From Schmidtea polychroa (taxonomy: Eukaryota): a stretch of DNA of 64,000 bases. A model generated the notes under the pieces. The model did no database searches. It was not told the DNA's origin and was given only the letters and a program-made list of their open reading frames with translations. This document shows positions 36,413 to 49,699 of the stretch, in pieces (positions within the stretch are counted from its first letter, which is position 1; each line of letters begins with the position of its first letter). Where the stretch lies: positions 41,292,001 to 41,356,000 of the forward strand of contig CM097887.1 of assembly GCA_044892525.1 (NCBI GenBank). The letters run 5' to 3'. Made by a program: the position numbers and the translations under genes.

Positions 36413-36638
36413 ACTCTAACTCAAACATTTGTGTTATTATATGTGGAAACTTTTATTGTATGTACAAACTATCACCTTAAGTGATACTTGCTTGATCTTG
36501 CTTTGACCTAGATCTTACAATAAAAATTTTATCATTGTTGTATAATTGTCGTGTTCGTGTTATATTTTTTTTTTGAATGAATGAATTAAGTTAATTATGC
36601 AATTGCGGGACGCAATTTTGATGGGTCCCCGAGTGATT

Positions 36639-39600
36639 TGTTGGGCTGAGTCGAAAATTTAATCGTTGAAAAATAGGAAAGTAGGGAAGTAGAACATTAA
36701 GAAAAATAATAATAAAATAAATAAAATCAGAAATAAAATAGAATAAGATATAAGGAAAATAATAATTAAGACATAAGAATTAAAACAAAAAATAAAATTA
36801 AGAAAAGATTAAAATAGAACAAGTTGACAAATAAATAAAGAGGAATTCAAGAAATAATAAGGAAATTAAGGAAATAAATAGAAAAACATATTAAAAATAA
36901 AGAAAATAAGGAAAAAACAACCTAAAAACAAGAAAATTATATTAAATTAATAGAAATAAGCGGTACTCAACTCTGATTGGTCCGCACAAATAAGAATTTG
37001 ATATATATACAACTACCAAAAACATTAAATTTACTGTTAACCCCGAGCATTTCATAGGTAAGAAAAATGTTTACTGTTTTTACTGTTAACCCCGAGCATT
37101 TCATAGGATCGACACTACTAGCCAAGCAACCGTCATTCAGAAAACTCCACAACTATTCAAAACCAGTTCAGAGACCGAAATACCATTCATCACAATAATC
37201 GACATCCAACGGACCACCATTAGAACTATTTGGAACGAACAACATTGAATTTTGACTCAGCCTAACAATAGTAAGGGGTATTTCATTTGTTTATAGATTT
37301 ATTTAAGTATTTGCAAAGCTAATAATAATGTTAAATATTAACGATTAAACATTTTAGTTAACTCTCTTCATTTGATTCTCCATTTTAATAACTTTAACGT
37401 ATTGATGGAATTTGTATTATTTAAGTATTTCCGAATCAATAAAATATTTTAATCCAGATGTCCGTATTTTATTTGAATTAAAGATTTTATGAATTTTCAT
37501 TTAACGAGTAACGTGGAGTTGAGATACTCCATGTCATGGTATGAGGTGCCTTCGGGAGCTCAGCCGGTGGACATGGAGTATTTCAATCGCGCAGCTAGAT
37601 TGGGCCGAAATGTGAAGGCTTCTTCACGGGTCCTATCGCTGAAGATGCGACTAAATTATCACAATGGGGTATGGATAAAAAATAACCGGTAGACAATGAT
37701 TTCACAAAGATAGTCATACGAATGAAGGGATTTTCAAGGATTTGCACAGTGATTGAGGGCGTCGCATTCTTCTTTCGTCAAGTCGTTTTCGTAAATCTTA
37801 CCCCTATTGAAAAATGAGATCCAGACAACGATTTAGTGAACTTCGTCAAAAATAACGACATCTCATAGTACGCTTCATCTGGAAACATGGTTTTATCAAA
37901 TTAATTGCGACAACGTCTATTTGCCGGACTCAGTAGAACTAAATTCGTATGAAATTCCATTATCATAGACCCAATGTCATCTAACCTGTCCAGATTGTAT
38001 GTCAAGTTACGTAAGTATTCTAAAAACTTTGACTAACTCGAAACTATAAAATGCGAGATTCTACGAAAACCCTCTCTAATATTATAATCAGAAAGTTTTT
38101 ATAGACTTAGTTATTTCAAAAATTATAAACAGGTAAAATATCACCAAATTTAATTAATAACATTTATTTCTACAATAAGAGCCAGGTCATCACTGTATAT
38201 ATCCAAATTATTGAACCTGAGAGAAAAGGACAGGTTTCATCGAGACGGCATTACATCTGAATAGGAAAATCCGAGTAGAATGACGAGAGTAGTAATTTGC
38301 TCCAGTATTTGGTAGAATTATTCCCTCGACGATCACAGAAAAGATCCAATAAATTTCCAAACGATGGTGATCATTCACACAAGTTGATAAGGGTAAAATT
38401 CCGCGATGAGAACTGGCGGTAGCATAAATCATAACTCAAATAGATCACTGTGCAGAGAAAATCATACGACAGCAGGATCGATAAAATCACCGTGAAAATG
38501 GCATACACCAAGTGAGTGAGATAAGATAGTAGCCATACGCGAATCCATGTGGTGAGAGCACAAAATATCAGACTAGCATACATAATAGTCGCGACACGTG
38601 ACATTCACAATAGGTCGATAATGTAATCAACTAGTCGACAGTAGTATCCGTAAATTTGGACATGTGTTATGACCGATGAGATATCCCATGAGGGTGTTAA
38701 AGTAATGGCTGATGTAAACTCATCACATATTTTCAGACCAATGGTAGACAACATAGATAATCACATTCACTACCGAATTAAAAGTGCACTTCCAATAACA
38801 AATTTCGAATCAAAAAATATGTTGAGAATAGCGATAGTAATTTGTTTGTAATAAATTAAAATAGATAACATATAGCAAGGTTTGGTCGCATACTATAATG
38901 TCCCTCTACTAAAGCATTATTATATTGTTTCACCAATATTATATTTACCCCCTATTAATTATTACGCCCCTCATGTATACGGTTAGATCAATAGAGAGTC
39001 AAAGTTAATAACATGCGTCAAACCGAGGGCATTTGGTTAAATAAACTGTTTTAACAACTAAGATCCGTAGTAAAACCGGATGGTAGAATAAGTTTTCCTT
39101 CTGTTCGACGGTCAAGTATCCACGAATGGACGCGGGTCGTATCTAATTTATTCTAAAATCGTATGTTCTCCATTTCATTAGTATTATTTATAGCAAGCAT
39201 GCTACCAGCCACTAAATCGGCATTACGGCCGTGCTTCTCGTGCGCGGATAAAAATACGGTGATAAAGGACCTACAGACTCAGATTGGACGTTACAAGAGG
39301 AAGATAGACGAGCTGGAAGGGACATGGTTTAGTCCCGCTCGGATGAAAGAGATCCAAAAGAAGCTCGATCGTAGCGAGCATTGCCGGGACGCGCTAATAT
39401 CTGAGAGCCGTGCCCAAAGAAGTCTAATCAGAGAACAATCCGAGGCACTGCATAAGGTTTACGTGCAGGCGGCTACAACCCGAAAAATCGTGCAGATTCC
39501 CATCCGAGAGGCCGATGACATCTTTCCGCCTCATCACAACCTTTCCTCGAATCCATCTCCACCGTTCAAGAGACCGTGCCGAGACTGCGTCGAAACCGAA

Positions 39601-40485
39601 TGGTCCCCCAAGCGTCCAGATGTTGTCATCACGGGTACCAGTAAGCCCCCCACTGCTAGTCCATCTGTATCAGTCACCCTTCTGCAAGTGGCATCTTCAA
39701 GCAAACCCAAGCGCAAACAACTCTCTCGTGCAGAGCGCAAGAAGAGACAGCGCGAGCGCGCTACTGCAAAGCCAAACATCCCATCAATAGAGGACTCAAC
39801 TAACGGTGGCAACTCTCACGTGTCCATCGACCTAACAACGGGACCCTCAGCGCGAATCATATCAGCCGCTGGCGTAAGGTGGGAAGAGAACGCTTCCGAG
39901 TTTTTCAACCTCGACGAATTATTCGCCGACACTGAATGGGAGAAACAATAAAACCCCAGTGGCGGTCAGGATGAGGAACAAGGATCCGATCTATGTTGAT
40001 TATGATGTTTTCTCTTCTTTCGACAAACATTAGTAAAGTGTACAGCTGAATCCTTGTGTCATAACGTTGAAATTAATAAATCTTGTTGTCTTACACGTTT
40101 TCGTTCATGAATAATTAGACTTTAATTAAGTGGGTTGAGTAGAGAACCCGCAAGATCTAGTGAGAATTTCCCAATTTGCATTCAGCGAATCCTGATAGGT
40201 GGTTGTGTAAGGAAATGGACGTAAGCCCTTCTATCGGCAGTCGTGAATGGGAAGTCGAGGCCTCAGCAAGGAGTAGTTTTAAGGCAGAAGCTCACCTGCT
40301 TGCTGGCGTCTCGCCTGCATAGTGCAGTACCAACGTGAAGTGATTCACGGGCACTATGTTGGAAGAAAGTTATGTGGGGTTTCACTCCAGGTTGACAAAT
40401 CGGTGGCACCTTTTATTCGAGATGGACAATCAACCCTTAGACCCGCCAACATGGTAGAATGGTCAGCCGAGGTGTGACCCCAACA
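36639..40485 (+). repeat. 3' LTR (3,847 bp)
   Basis: Copy of 10685-14531, followed by the AAAT TSD. Confidence 0.97.
39163..39951 (+). CDS. LTR-encoded ORF, 3' copy
   Basis: Translation identical to 13209-13997. Confidence 0.7.
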   Translation: MFSISLVLFIASMLPATKSALRPCFSCADKNTVIKDLQTQIGRYKRKIDELEGTWFSPARMKEIQKKLDRSEHCRDALISESRAQRSLIREQSEALHKVYVQAATTRKIVQIPIREADDIFPPHHNLSSNPSPPFKRPCRDCVETEWSPKRPDVVITGTSKPPTASPSVSVTLLQVASSSKPKRKQLSRAERKKRQRERATAKPNIPSIEDSTNGGNSHVSIDLTTGPSARIISAAGVRWEENASEFFNLDELFADTEWEKQ

Positions 40486-41099
40486 AAATTGAAAAAAGAG
40501 AACAAAAAACAACTTGGAAAAAGGAATTGCCCTATTTTGAGGGCTTGGCTGAGATAACGAGTGAACCACCAGGTAAGCTGGGAAAATGAAAAGGAAAAAA
40601 ATCAAATAAAACTGCATATCTCGACAATTGCTTAAGATAACAGGAATGAGTCAATATTACTTGAAAAAAAGAAAATGAAAACAACATTGCGCTATAATTA
40701 TTAAATGGTGTTGTAATAAGCACTTGATAGGAATTGGTTTTGGTTTTGAATATTTGGTGTCGTGGTAATTATATAATCATTTGAAATAATCAATAAAAGT
40801 TTATATTGTCTAGAATTTGTTGTTGTTAGCAGATAAAACATGATTGGAATCAGATCAATAATTTTTTACTATATATTTCAACGACAACCCTAACATATTT
40901 AGAAAGCTGAAATATTTTGAAAAACGGAAATTTTTAATTTTTTTTACCTCGAATTGACAACTTATGAATGGCAGCAGAATTACGTCCGATTTCAATTGAT
41001 TTTGTCCAATTAAGTGACTATCACGACACCAATATTTGATATATATTACACGTTCAATCACACGCGTTATGACATGTTGTAAGAAAAATAATTAACGTC

Positions 41100-41960
41100 G
41101 AAGATGTCGATCTCTTTAATGATTTGGATGTGGAAATGTTCCGAATTGAAGAAACCTTGTGGAATCAAACAACTCTGATAAGATTATCACTGACAAATTG
41201 TCTTCTATTAGAAATGGAATCATATGAGACAAAATAAGGTAGATCTGATTTTAGGATGCAAAACACGGTGGGGTTCATTAGCGACTATGATTAGTGATTT
41301 CGTGAAATATCAAAAATCTATTGAACATACTTTGTTAGAATAAAACTGTTCACAATTTCTGAATTTAATAGATTTTGGCAGTTGAAGTCCTAAATCGTAA
41401 TTATACAACTCTACCTTTAGACAGCCTAATCTTGAATTATATATCAAAAAGATTGCCGATTGCAAAAGTTAATAGCGTGTCAATTGCTGCAGAATATCGA
41501 AAAACAACTGAATGCAAAAATGGAATTGAATTTGATCGATTTGCTCAAATCACTTAAAAACCCAAATATTTCCCTTTCAAAAGATGTCTTGTGTTTGGCT
41601 ACATAGCTAAAGAATAGAACTTTCCGAAATTTGGCCTAAAAAGTAAATTCCACGGAAATCTTCCAAGAACCAATATTAATAGATGAAGTTGAAACTGTAT
41701 TAACAATGGACGAAGAGTTAAATTTAATTTTGAAAAATACAGTAAACCCTTCTTTTACCCAAGCTGAATGATTTCAGAAATCTATAACAGGAGCTTTTAC
41801 TTTCCAAAAACACCAAAAAGTGAAATTTTCATCTTCATGGGCTCTATGACGCGCTATGAACAGTGAAACCTACTTCAGCGGATAACGAAAGAACATTTTC
41901 GTTGTCTACAAATCTTTAGATCAAATTTGGGAGGAATGCTTTGGTGTTTGTCGAATAGGT
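41100..41960 (+). pseudogene. Degraded hAT transposase remnant
   Basis: Fragments resembling ..KTRW.SL.TMI (near 41255-41295) and TVKPTSADNERTFSLS (near 41860-41915), broken by stops and frameshifts. Confidence 0.55.
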
Positions 41961-42370
41961 ACTGTTTTAAAGAATTTTAAGAATTGAGTTAAATTATATC
42001 AAACCTATAAGCTGGTACCAATCAGAATAGTAAATAGATTATCCAAGCATTTGATAGACATAAATTAATTTAAATAATAATGTGAGGAGTTAGAAGTAGT
42101 GATTATCCTATTGAAATGTTCAGAAACCTAACAAATTGATCCGGAGATTCCGATCCAGTACTGGAATTAACACACAGAAAGCATTGCACGCGCCTCCCAT
42201 GTCCATATTAATATTAGAATATTACTCAACCAACTTTTTATGGTATTCACAATGATTACTTTTATTCCTAAAGATAAAATTATTAGAATATTTATAATAT
42301 GAAAACAAAATATCAATTAGGTAGGATACAAACAATACAAATAAATGATAAAGTATTTATTCAATGCATT

Positions 42371-43075
42371 TCATACTGGTAAAGAATATGACTTGAAAAG
42401 ATCAATTTCACAAATAACGTACAAAAGGGTAGCAGTGTTGACATTATTATTCAAACCTGATGATAACATTGTTGCCTGATTCTTAGCAGGATCAAGCCCA
42501 TCAGGCTTTCCGACTGCAAAATAAGTCATATTTATGGGTCTGTTAGAAGTCTTCCAAATCCATCCATCAGTCCCATCTGATCCAGGGATCTGATATCCTC
42601 CTACCCAACTTTCGACTAGACACATCCCTTTTACTTTATTCAAAGCGGCAGATGTTTCAACTTCAGCTAATATTCCGTTGTTATTCTGACAAATGGAATT
42701 CGCATTCAGTCCATTTATAATTGTCAACATGGAAAAATAATATTTCACTGCGAGGAAATCATCCATTTTATTACTGAAAACTTTTCTATAAAATATAACA
42801 GATGGTGAAGAACAACTTTGTGAGTGTGATAAAATGACTTCATTGATAAAAAATATACACGAATTTGCATTGACAATGAATCCAGCGCATTTCAAATCTG
42901 CGTTACAAATCAAAGAACAGGGAATACTACCAGATCGTTTCGGTTGCTGAGTTTTAGTATTTATCATGTCTACTACACAAGAAGGAATAGACATTTTTTT
43001 GAAATTACTCACAAAACTTTGAGAAAAACAAAACTTTATTATAAAAATGCACAATATGAAATCAAAAATCATCAT
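42371..43075 (-). CDS. Secreted PAN/apple-like + C-type-lectin-like protein, 234 aa
   Basis: Signal peptide; CSLICNADLKCAGF (PAN-like); CTLD motifs C...LAEVET, WVGG, WIWK, GKPD, YVICE. Confidence 0.75.
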   Translation of the reverse strand: MMIFDFILCIFIIKFCFSQSFVSNFKKMSIPSCVVDMINTKTQQPKRSGSIPCSLICNADLKCAGFIVNANSCIFFINEVILSHSQSCSSPSVIFYRKVFSNKMDDFLAVKYYFSMLTIINGLNANSICQNNNGILAEVETSAALNKVKGMCLVESWVGGYQIPGSDGTDGWIWKTSNRPINMTYFAVGKPDGLDPAKNQATMLSSGLNNNVNTATLLYVICEIDLFKSYSLPV

Positions 43076-43313
43076 TTTGTTTAAATGTGCATTCTTTAAT
43101 TAAACGAAACATTTATAATTTTCAATTCTTCAATGGGATACGAAATAAAATTAATTAATTGAATTTTGTCCAATCAAATAAAAGGATAGGAAATTTTTTA
43201 TTATTTCAAAAATTTTCACAGCAGTTATATTAATTTCTTTATTTTTAATTATAATGAATATTCATTTCCTATTTTCACGATCAACCCAAAATATTAGTTT
43301 ATTATCCGCATGT

Positions 43314-43486
43314 AACAATAAAATGATAATTTAAGCCTTTTGCTGCAAATAATATATTTATTGAAAAAAATTTCGACTATAAGATAGTCCTTTACAAGGA
43401 GATTGACAAGGACTATCTTATAGTCGAAAAAATTTTCATTAAATATATTATTTGCAGCAAAAGGCTTAAATTATCATTTTATTGTT
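43314..43486. repeat. 173-bp near-perfect palindrome (79-bp arms, 15-nt loop)
   Basis: Arms 43314-43392 and 43408-43486 are reverse complements with 4 mismatches. Confidence 0.92.
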
Positions 43487-44301
43487 TTAAATAATAAATG
43501 CTGCTACCAAGAAATCATCACTTTATACCTCCTGTAACATAAATGAATTAGAATTAGTGAAATAATGTTGACCATAAAATAGCAATGTGAAATTATAAAA
43601 AATGTTTAAAATTCGGAAAAAAGAGAAAGAAGGATGTAGTAGTTAGATATCTTTTTGTTTAAATAATTTGGAGTTGGCGGTTTTTGTAAAAAATTAAAAC
43701 TTGTTATTTATAAATTCTTTGATTAAATATATATTGTTGGTTTCAAGATTTTTGCTGCGAAATTTAAAGATGGATTTAACTGTAGTAATTAAAAAATAAT
43801 TAAATATGAGAGAAAATGGCGATCTTCTCATGTGGTTGATATTACTTTGAAACATTTTGTGCGAAATTTATTAATGATTTGGTATTAATTAAATTTAAGA
43901 TTAATTTTATTTTATTAACGTTATTTACTTATGCTCAAATATTTTATAAGGATATAAAATTTTGTCAATAATTTATGTAAGCAAACTAAATTTCGAATAA
44001 AACCTTATTTTCAAGAAATAATATTCATTTTGTGGTTCATCATCTTTAAATAATAATTTTTACAAAAAATAATTTTATTTATTAAAAAAAAGCATGAAGA
44101 CTATAAATCAGTAATATATCGGTGTTTTTCAAACTCATTTTAATAAATAAAATGGAAAAAAATTAGTATTGAAATTGGAAAAAATGTTCTTATAATAAAA
44201 AAATAATTTGCTTATAGCTTGAGATTTTAGAAACTAAATGTATTTTCGATGGTAACTTTGTTTAAATATTCCATTTTTAGAATCCAAAATTCCAATTAAA
44301 T

Positions 44302-47300
44302 ATGAAAGCAAATTTTATAGCTAGTTTTATAAATTCAAAGTAATTGTTATTTTGCTTTTAAAATAATTTTATAACTTTATTTTAGCACTGAATTTCAATA
44401 TTATTTAGCCGATGATAAAAATTTAGTGGCTTTTTCGAAAATTCTTTCGTTTCTATCCAGAGAACTACAGTTTTTTTATTGTTTGCGAAACTCGATCTCA
44501 GTTATTAATGGTTAGTTTAACTTTAAATAATAAGTAATATGATATAAATTTATAGATGAATCCAACTTACTGTCATTAGCTGTGGATATAAATGAATTTC
44601 TGAAAGAACTAGGTATATTGTTTTATGGTAATAAAAATATTTTATTAATTAATTTAAAGGATGCCCATATTCTGTTTTATTAGATGGTTCAATGTTGGAT
44701 AGATTTCTTTGTTTAGAACTACGCCAACTCTTACTAAGTAATTTTTAATAATAATTAAAATTTAAAACTAAATATAAATTCAAATTTGTTAATATTATTA
44801 AAATTTTAACATTTGTCAGAATTTTCTACTAAATTTAATTTACTTTTTATCAACTCTTACCGTATATCAATTGTTTTTAATGGTTTAGTTAAAATTCGCT
44901 GTTTATTTGAAGGTGCTGACTATACCTTCCTGCACATCTGGGAGGGCTTTGCAATGACTCATCATATTTTTGGACCATAATTTTATTACATTATTAATAT
45001 TTATGCTGGGTTGCGATTCCATTGACAAGTAAATTTACCCCTGGACTCGAGTAATGTTTGAAATTCTCAACTATAATTGGGAATCATGATATATTTCACA
45101 CAGATTGGATATTCAATTTATTACAAAATTTAATAAATTGGATTTTCACTTTTTATATAATGTTGATATTGACAAAACTATAAAATCGAATATTTGCAAT
45201 TGGTATTAATTGGATAATTTCAACAGAGTAATTAAAATGAATTGAATTGCTGGGTTTAGGAACTTTTCCCTAATTTGTGATTGGAATTTTGTTAACATTC
45301 ATCAAGAGATTTCATTTGACCCTCATTTAACCTTATCCGCTCCCTAGTTTTGCACTGTTTTCAAGATTTGTGTGTCCCAAAAGCGCTCTTTTATAAGTGT
45401 ATATTGAATAACTTAATTTTATTTCTAAAAGCAGTAGATGCCTCATTTGTAAGAAAACAAAGCTCCTAATAATCATTTTCTTTTTCCAACATCTAGAAAA
45501 TATATATTAAGTGGAGATTAAGATCAAAATCTAGTGATAGAAACAAATCGAAATATTACATTTCTCTAAGTTCACAGTTACTGGTTAGAAACTAAGAAAA
45601 TTATAGAATCAATTGTACACTTTTAATAAAAAATGTGGTAATTTAAAGACGCTGAAATCAACCGAACTGCATTTGGAATATGTATTAAAAATATTTATAT
45701 CCACACAAGGAGGAATGTCGCCAGTATTTCAATTTGGAATAAAAATAAATTTCTTTACCTAATCGAACAAAGTTGAAAGTTGACTTAGGAAATAATAGGA
45801 AATAAATATAGGACATTTAACAAATTTACTATTATAATATGACTAAACAACAATAAAGTGAGAAAAAAACAACTTCTCAGATATGCAGGCATTCGTATAC
45901 AAGAAATATTCGGGTTTACATAAAATATTATACGAATATTATACACTCAAATATCCCAATACAATTACGTAATATATAATACATTACATACTGTACCACT
46001 CTGTTATGTAGTTGATACAATGTCAATTGAAAAGAAATTCGTGGTGAAAATTGAAAAAAAGTTCTTATGATACATGTTAAGTAACAAATATTGTGTGAAT
46101 ATAAAGTGCGTGATGTCACTAGATTTTCAGAAAAATTTGCACCATTACAACTATAAAATATAATGATGTATGTGATCTCTTCATTTATATCTTTTCGTTT
46201 ATATTTTAGCCTTTTCCACTCACATTAATTTCTCCCATGTTTTTTTCTTCCACTCATATTTAATTAAGAGAATTTTGTGGAATTTCAAGAATCTGTGTAG
46301 GAATTTGTAATGATTTGATTTTAGTGTCTAAGACAGTCACTCCCAACCTTTTCTAGACCACAACACACCAAAAAATAGATTTATTTCATGGTACCTCTAT
46401 ACAAAATTTATGTAGTTGTTTACTTTCTAAAATTATAATTTTATACTATCGCATTTAAATTTTGAATTCATATTTTTTACCATCATTGAAGAGAATAAAC
46501 AGTGAAAAAAAATACAAGGATTATTCAAAAAATTATAATTTAAAGATGAAAATGCTACCAATAAGTTGCAGAAAAAACAACTTTCCAATATAAGACGCAT
46601 AAGCTTTCGAATAATAAAAGATAAATGTATCTTAGTATTTTGAAAGCTCCTGAAGAGCAGGAGTTCGATTTTTTTATTTTAATTTTGCGACACACCGGTT
46701 GGGAAACACTGGCCTAAGACATGGTATTCAGGGTCAAGGATTCCAACGAAAGTACTTTTCCCCTCAATAGGTAAAAAGCTTACTCACTTCAAAATTGTTA
46801 TTGTCAAAATATGTGTTATTCCATAGGATGAGCTAATTATAATGTTTTGAAAAGTAAAAAATCAAGGTTATAACGCTACTAAACTCACTGTCATGATAAA
46901 CGTCTTTCTAATTCTATACAGGCAGTATGACCCTGATCATGACCTTTAGATTGAGCGCTAAGTAGAGCCTGAGCCAATAAACTTTTGCCCAATATACCTT
47001 CATCAAAGTATTTATGTCTGAAAATGGTTCAAAATTTTTAAATTTAAAAAAGTTCTTCGTGCCATTTCACTTTTTATATCTTCATAAATATTGTACAAGT
47101 TTATTAAGTTTCTCTCACTTAAGGATATTTATCAACCGAATTAGCAGCTGCACAAATAATGTCCGTACAAAATTCAAAAGGTTCTTGCTTTTTAAAATCC
47201 AATTCAGTGGAATCTGAATTGACTGGAATATTGAAACCTGCATTCAATGCTCTTGACATTCATAACTCATCGGATATGGACACTTTTTCAATGTTTTCAA

Positions 47301-47956
47301 AGATTTATTCCTCTGTAACAGAAATTAGATTAAACTTTTATTAATTTAAAAATTAGGTCAACGAAAGATTATCCACAATTCCTAAATATTTTATTGAAAA
47401 TTCTTTGCTACCATCCAGCTTAATTCTTACTGGTCAACAATGGGATAACGTTGAATATCTAATAGATATCCTTAATAGCGATTATCGCTTGCGAGGTGAA
47501 ACCCATAGAAAACGTCTTGAATCAACTATCAACGTTTTTATGTTATCATCGAAAGCTAAAGTAAGAAATTTTTTTATAAATAACAAAATTATTAATTTTA
47601 AAATTAAAAAAAATTAAAAGAATTCTCTTTTATTTTTTTCTCAAATATTAGAATCTTAATTTTACTAAAACCGAATAAATTTTCCAAGTGACATAATTTT
47701 ATAGAACCAAATAAATGAGCTAAAACGAATTACTAAATCCGAAATTGCACTAAATGTCAATGTCAATCTAATTGACTTGCTTGCTGTTAGAAATTATCCG
47801 GTTACCCTGATTAATACCGTTAGCAAGATTGTGGCTACAAATCCCGGAGTTGATAAATTAAGAAAATTCATTATTGGACCTGTGTCCGACAAAGGTGGAA
47901 GAGTAGAAGACTTTGAAATGGAAATAGAACCTCCAAGATCTAAGAAAATGAAATGA
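44302..47956 (+). CDS. FAM98: FAM98-family protein. Exons about 44302-44339, 44386-44510, 44556-44612, 44660-44737, 47124-47314, 47357-47560, 47705-47956; start uncertain
   Basis: The spliced frame gives FLKELGCPY..LLDG...RF.....RQLLL|RYLSTELAAAQ, QQWDNVE...LNSDYRLR...RKRLESTINVF...KAK, and LLAVR...IIGPVSDKGGR, all matching FAM98 motifs. Introns are GT-AG. Confidence 0.85.
46334..46711. mobile_element. hAT MITE in a FAM98 intron
   Basis: CAGTCACTCCCAACC / GGTTGGGAAACACTG ends; 8-bp flanks GTCTAAGA/GCCTAAGA. Confidence 0.75.
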
Positions 47957-48000
47957 ATTAATTTCCTAAATAAAATTTAAAATGTATTTATTTAAAAGAA

Positions 48001-48075
<75 letters not shown>
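48001..48075. repeat. (ATT)25 microsatellite
   Basis: Perfect trinucleotide run. Confidence 0.97.
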
Positions 48076-49699
48076 GAAGTTCTCCATTGCACACTAACTT
48101 ATGTTTATTCTCTGGACTGAGAAACGTAAGTTTTGTTATGTTTTTAGAAAATTTTATACGTTCTTTTATAAACCTTATTACCTTTATCGAAGTAGAAATT
48201 ATACATTTAAGTACACTCTAACTTTAATGAAGATATACTGTCCGTGCCTTCAGACTTGCATGGAGCGTATTGTAGGTAAGGGTTATTAGAGATTTTTTGT
48301 TTTCGATCATAGCTTTAATTTAAAAAAAACATTGCACTCGGTAGCTTGAGTCTTGTAACGAACACTCTTGGTAGGTCATCTATCCGTCTCCATCCTACTC
48401 TTGTTTATTCATTTTGATTCTTATTACATTGGAATAAAGGTAACACATCACAATTAAAACATACCACGTAAAAACACAAGGATGATGATCACATTTTCTT
48501 GAATTGTAACAAAATAAACTTGATACACTAGCATGAGTAAAAATAGAGATCAAAATTATGTTATAACTGGGATAGCAGCTGAAATTTTGTTTTCAAATTT
48601 ACATAAGTGCGAATAATTATATCTTCCATGTTAAAATATCCATTGACCCTGTGAGGTGTTTTCGGCAGAGTTAAATATTATTAAATATGATTTGTCGGAA
48701 TAGTTTAAAATTAATTTAAGTCAAAAATAATTAAAATTAAGTTATAAGTTATAATTGTAAAATTTAAATTAATTAATTAATTCGATTTGAATTTTAATAT
48801 TGAATTCTTCTGATAACTTGCTTTGAGATTGTTTGATTCAATGCCGAAAGGTTTGTTTAGATATTAAACAATATTGTCATTAATACAATTTTGAATATCG
48901 GTTCAATTACTTAAAATGGTTTTCAAAACAACTTAGAAGATGTTGTTGTAACATCTAACAGGCCCATTTACATATTTTATACTTTAATAAAATGCCCGAC
49001 AATAACCAACCTATTTTCTACTTTGGAGAGAATATTAAATACCTGGATAGAATGATATTGGAGATCACTACGATTTGTATTAATAAGAACTTCATAACAC
49101 ATACAAAGACAAAACCAAGTAATACAAAGTAATATGAAACAATAATAATAAGAAAAAGAATGAAATATTTAAAATCAAAATTCAAATTGTAATGAGTTTT
49201 TGAAAAGTCACGCGTTGAGAAAAATGTATGCAATCGTCAAATTATTTAGTAGTGGGTTTAGCTTTGGTGGCCATTTGTTATTTTTATGAGTGTTTATGTG
49301 ACACTTGTATGATTTTTATGACCTTTTGACCACTTTCTAAAATTTATAATGATATTTTTGATTAAGGAATCTTATTTTAGTTTCATTTTCAAATTTATTC
49401 CACCATGCTTCCACCAAATCTAAAATACTTTTATGAATAATGTGCTTAATTTAAAAAAATGTTTGAATTTATATATCTTGTTAATGTTTGTGTAATATGC
49501 TGAAAAGGAATTAGCTTTGAGTTTAATACTTCTTGGTGAATATTATTATTATGATTCTCATCCGTTACAACATTAATATCTGTTTGCAAATCACTAAATA
49601 ATTCCATAAATTTTATTCAATAAATTTTACACTCAAAAACTTGTCTTTCTTATTTTTGTTATTTAAACAAATTTCAACTTTCCTTTTAAAATATTTTTT

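Larger units (their letters stand above)
10685..40485 (+). mobile_element. Giant (29,801 bp) full-length Ty3/gypsy-type LTR retroelement / endogenous retrovirus with envelope and accessory genes
   Basis: Two LTRs at constant offset 25,954; TG...CA ends with 7-bp inverted repeat; TSD AAAT (10681-10684, 40486-40489); PBS at 14539; open gag-env-pol ORF with PR-RT-RH-IN order. Confidence 0.97.

Noticed and set aside
36639-40485. The 3.85-kb duplication as a segmental duplication or misassembly
   Set aside because: TG...CA termini, inverted ends, TSD and PBS define true LTRs.
49018-49233. Hydrophobic 71-aa minus ORF as a membrane-gene exon
   Set aside because: No neighbouring exons or family motifs could be assembled.
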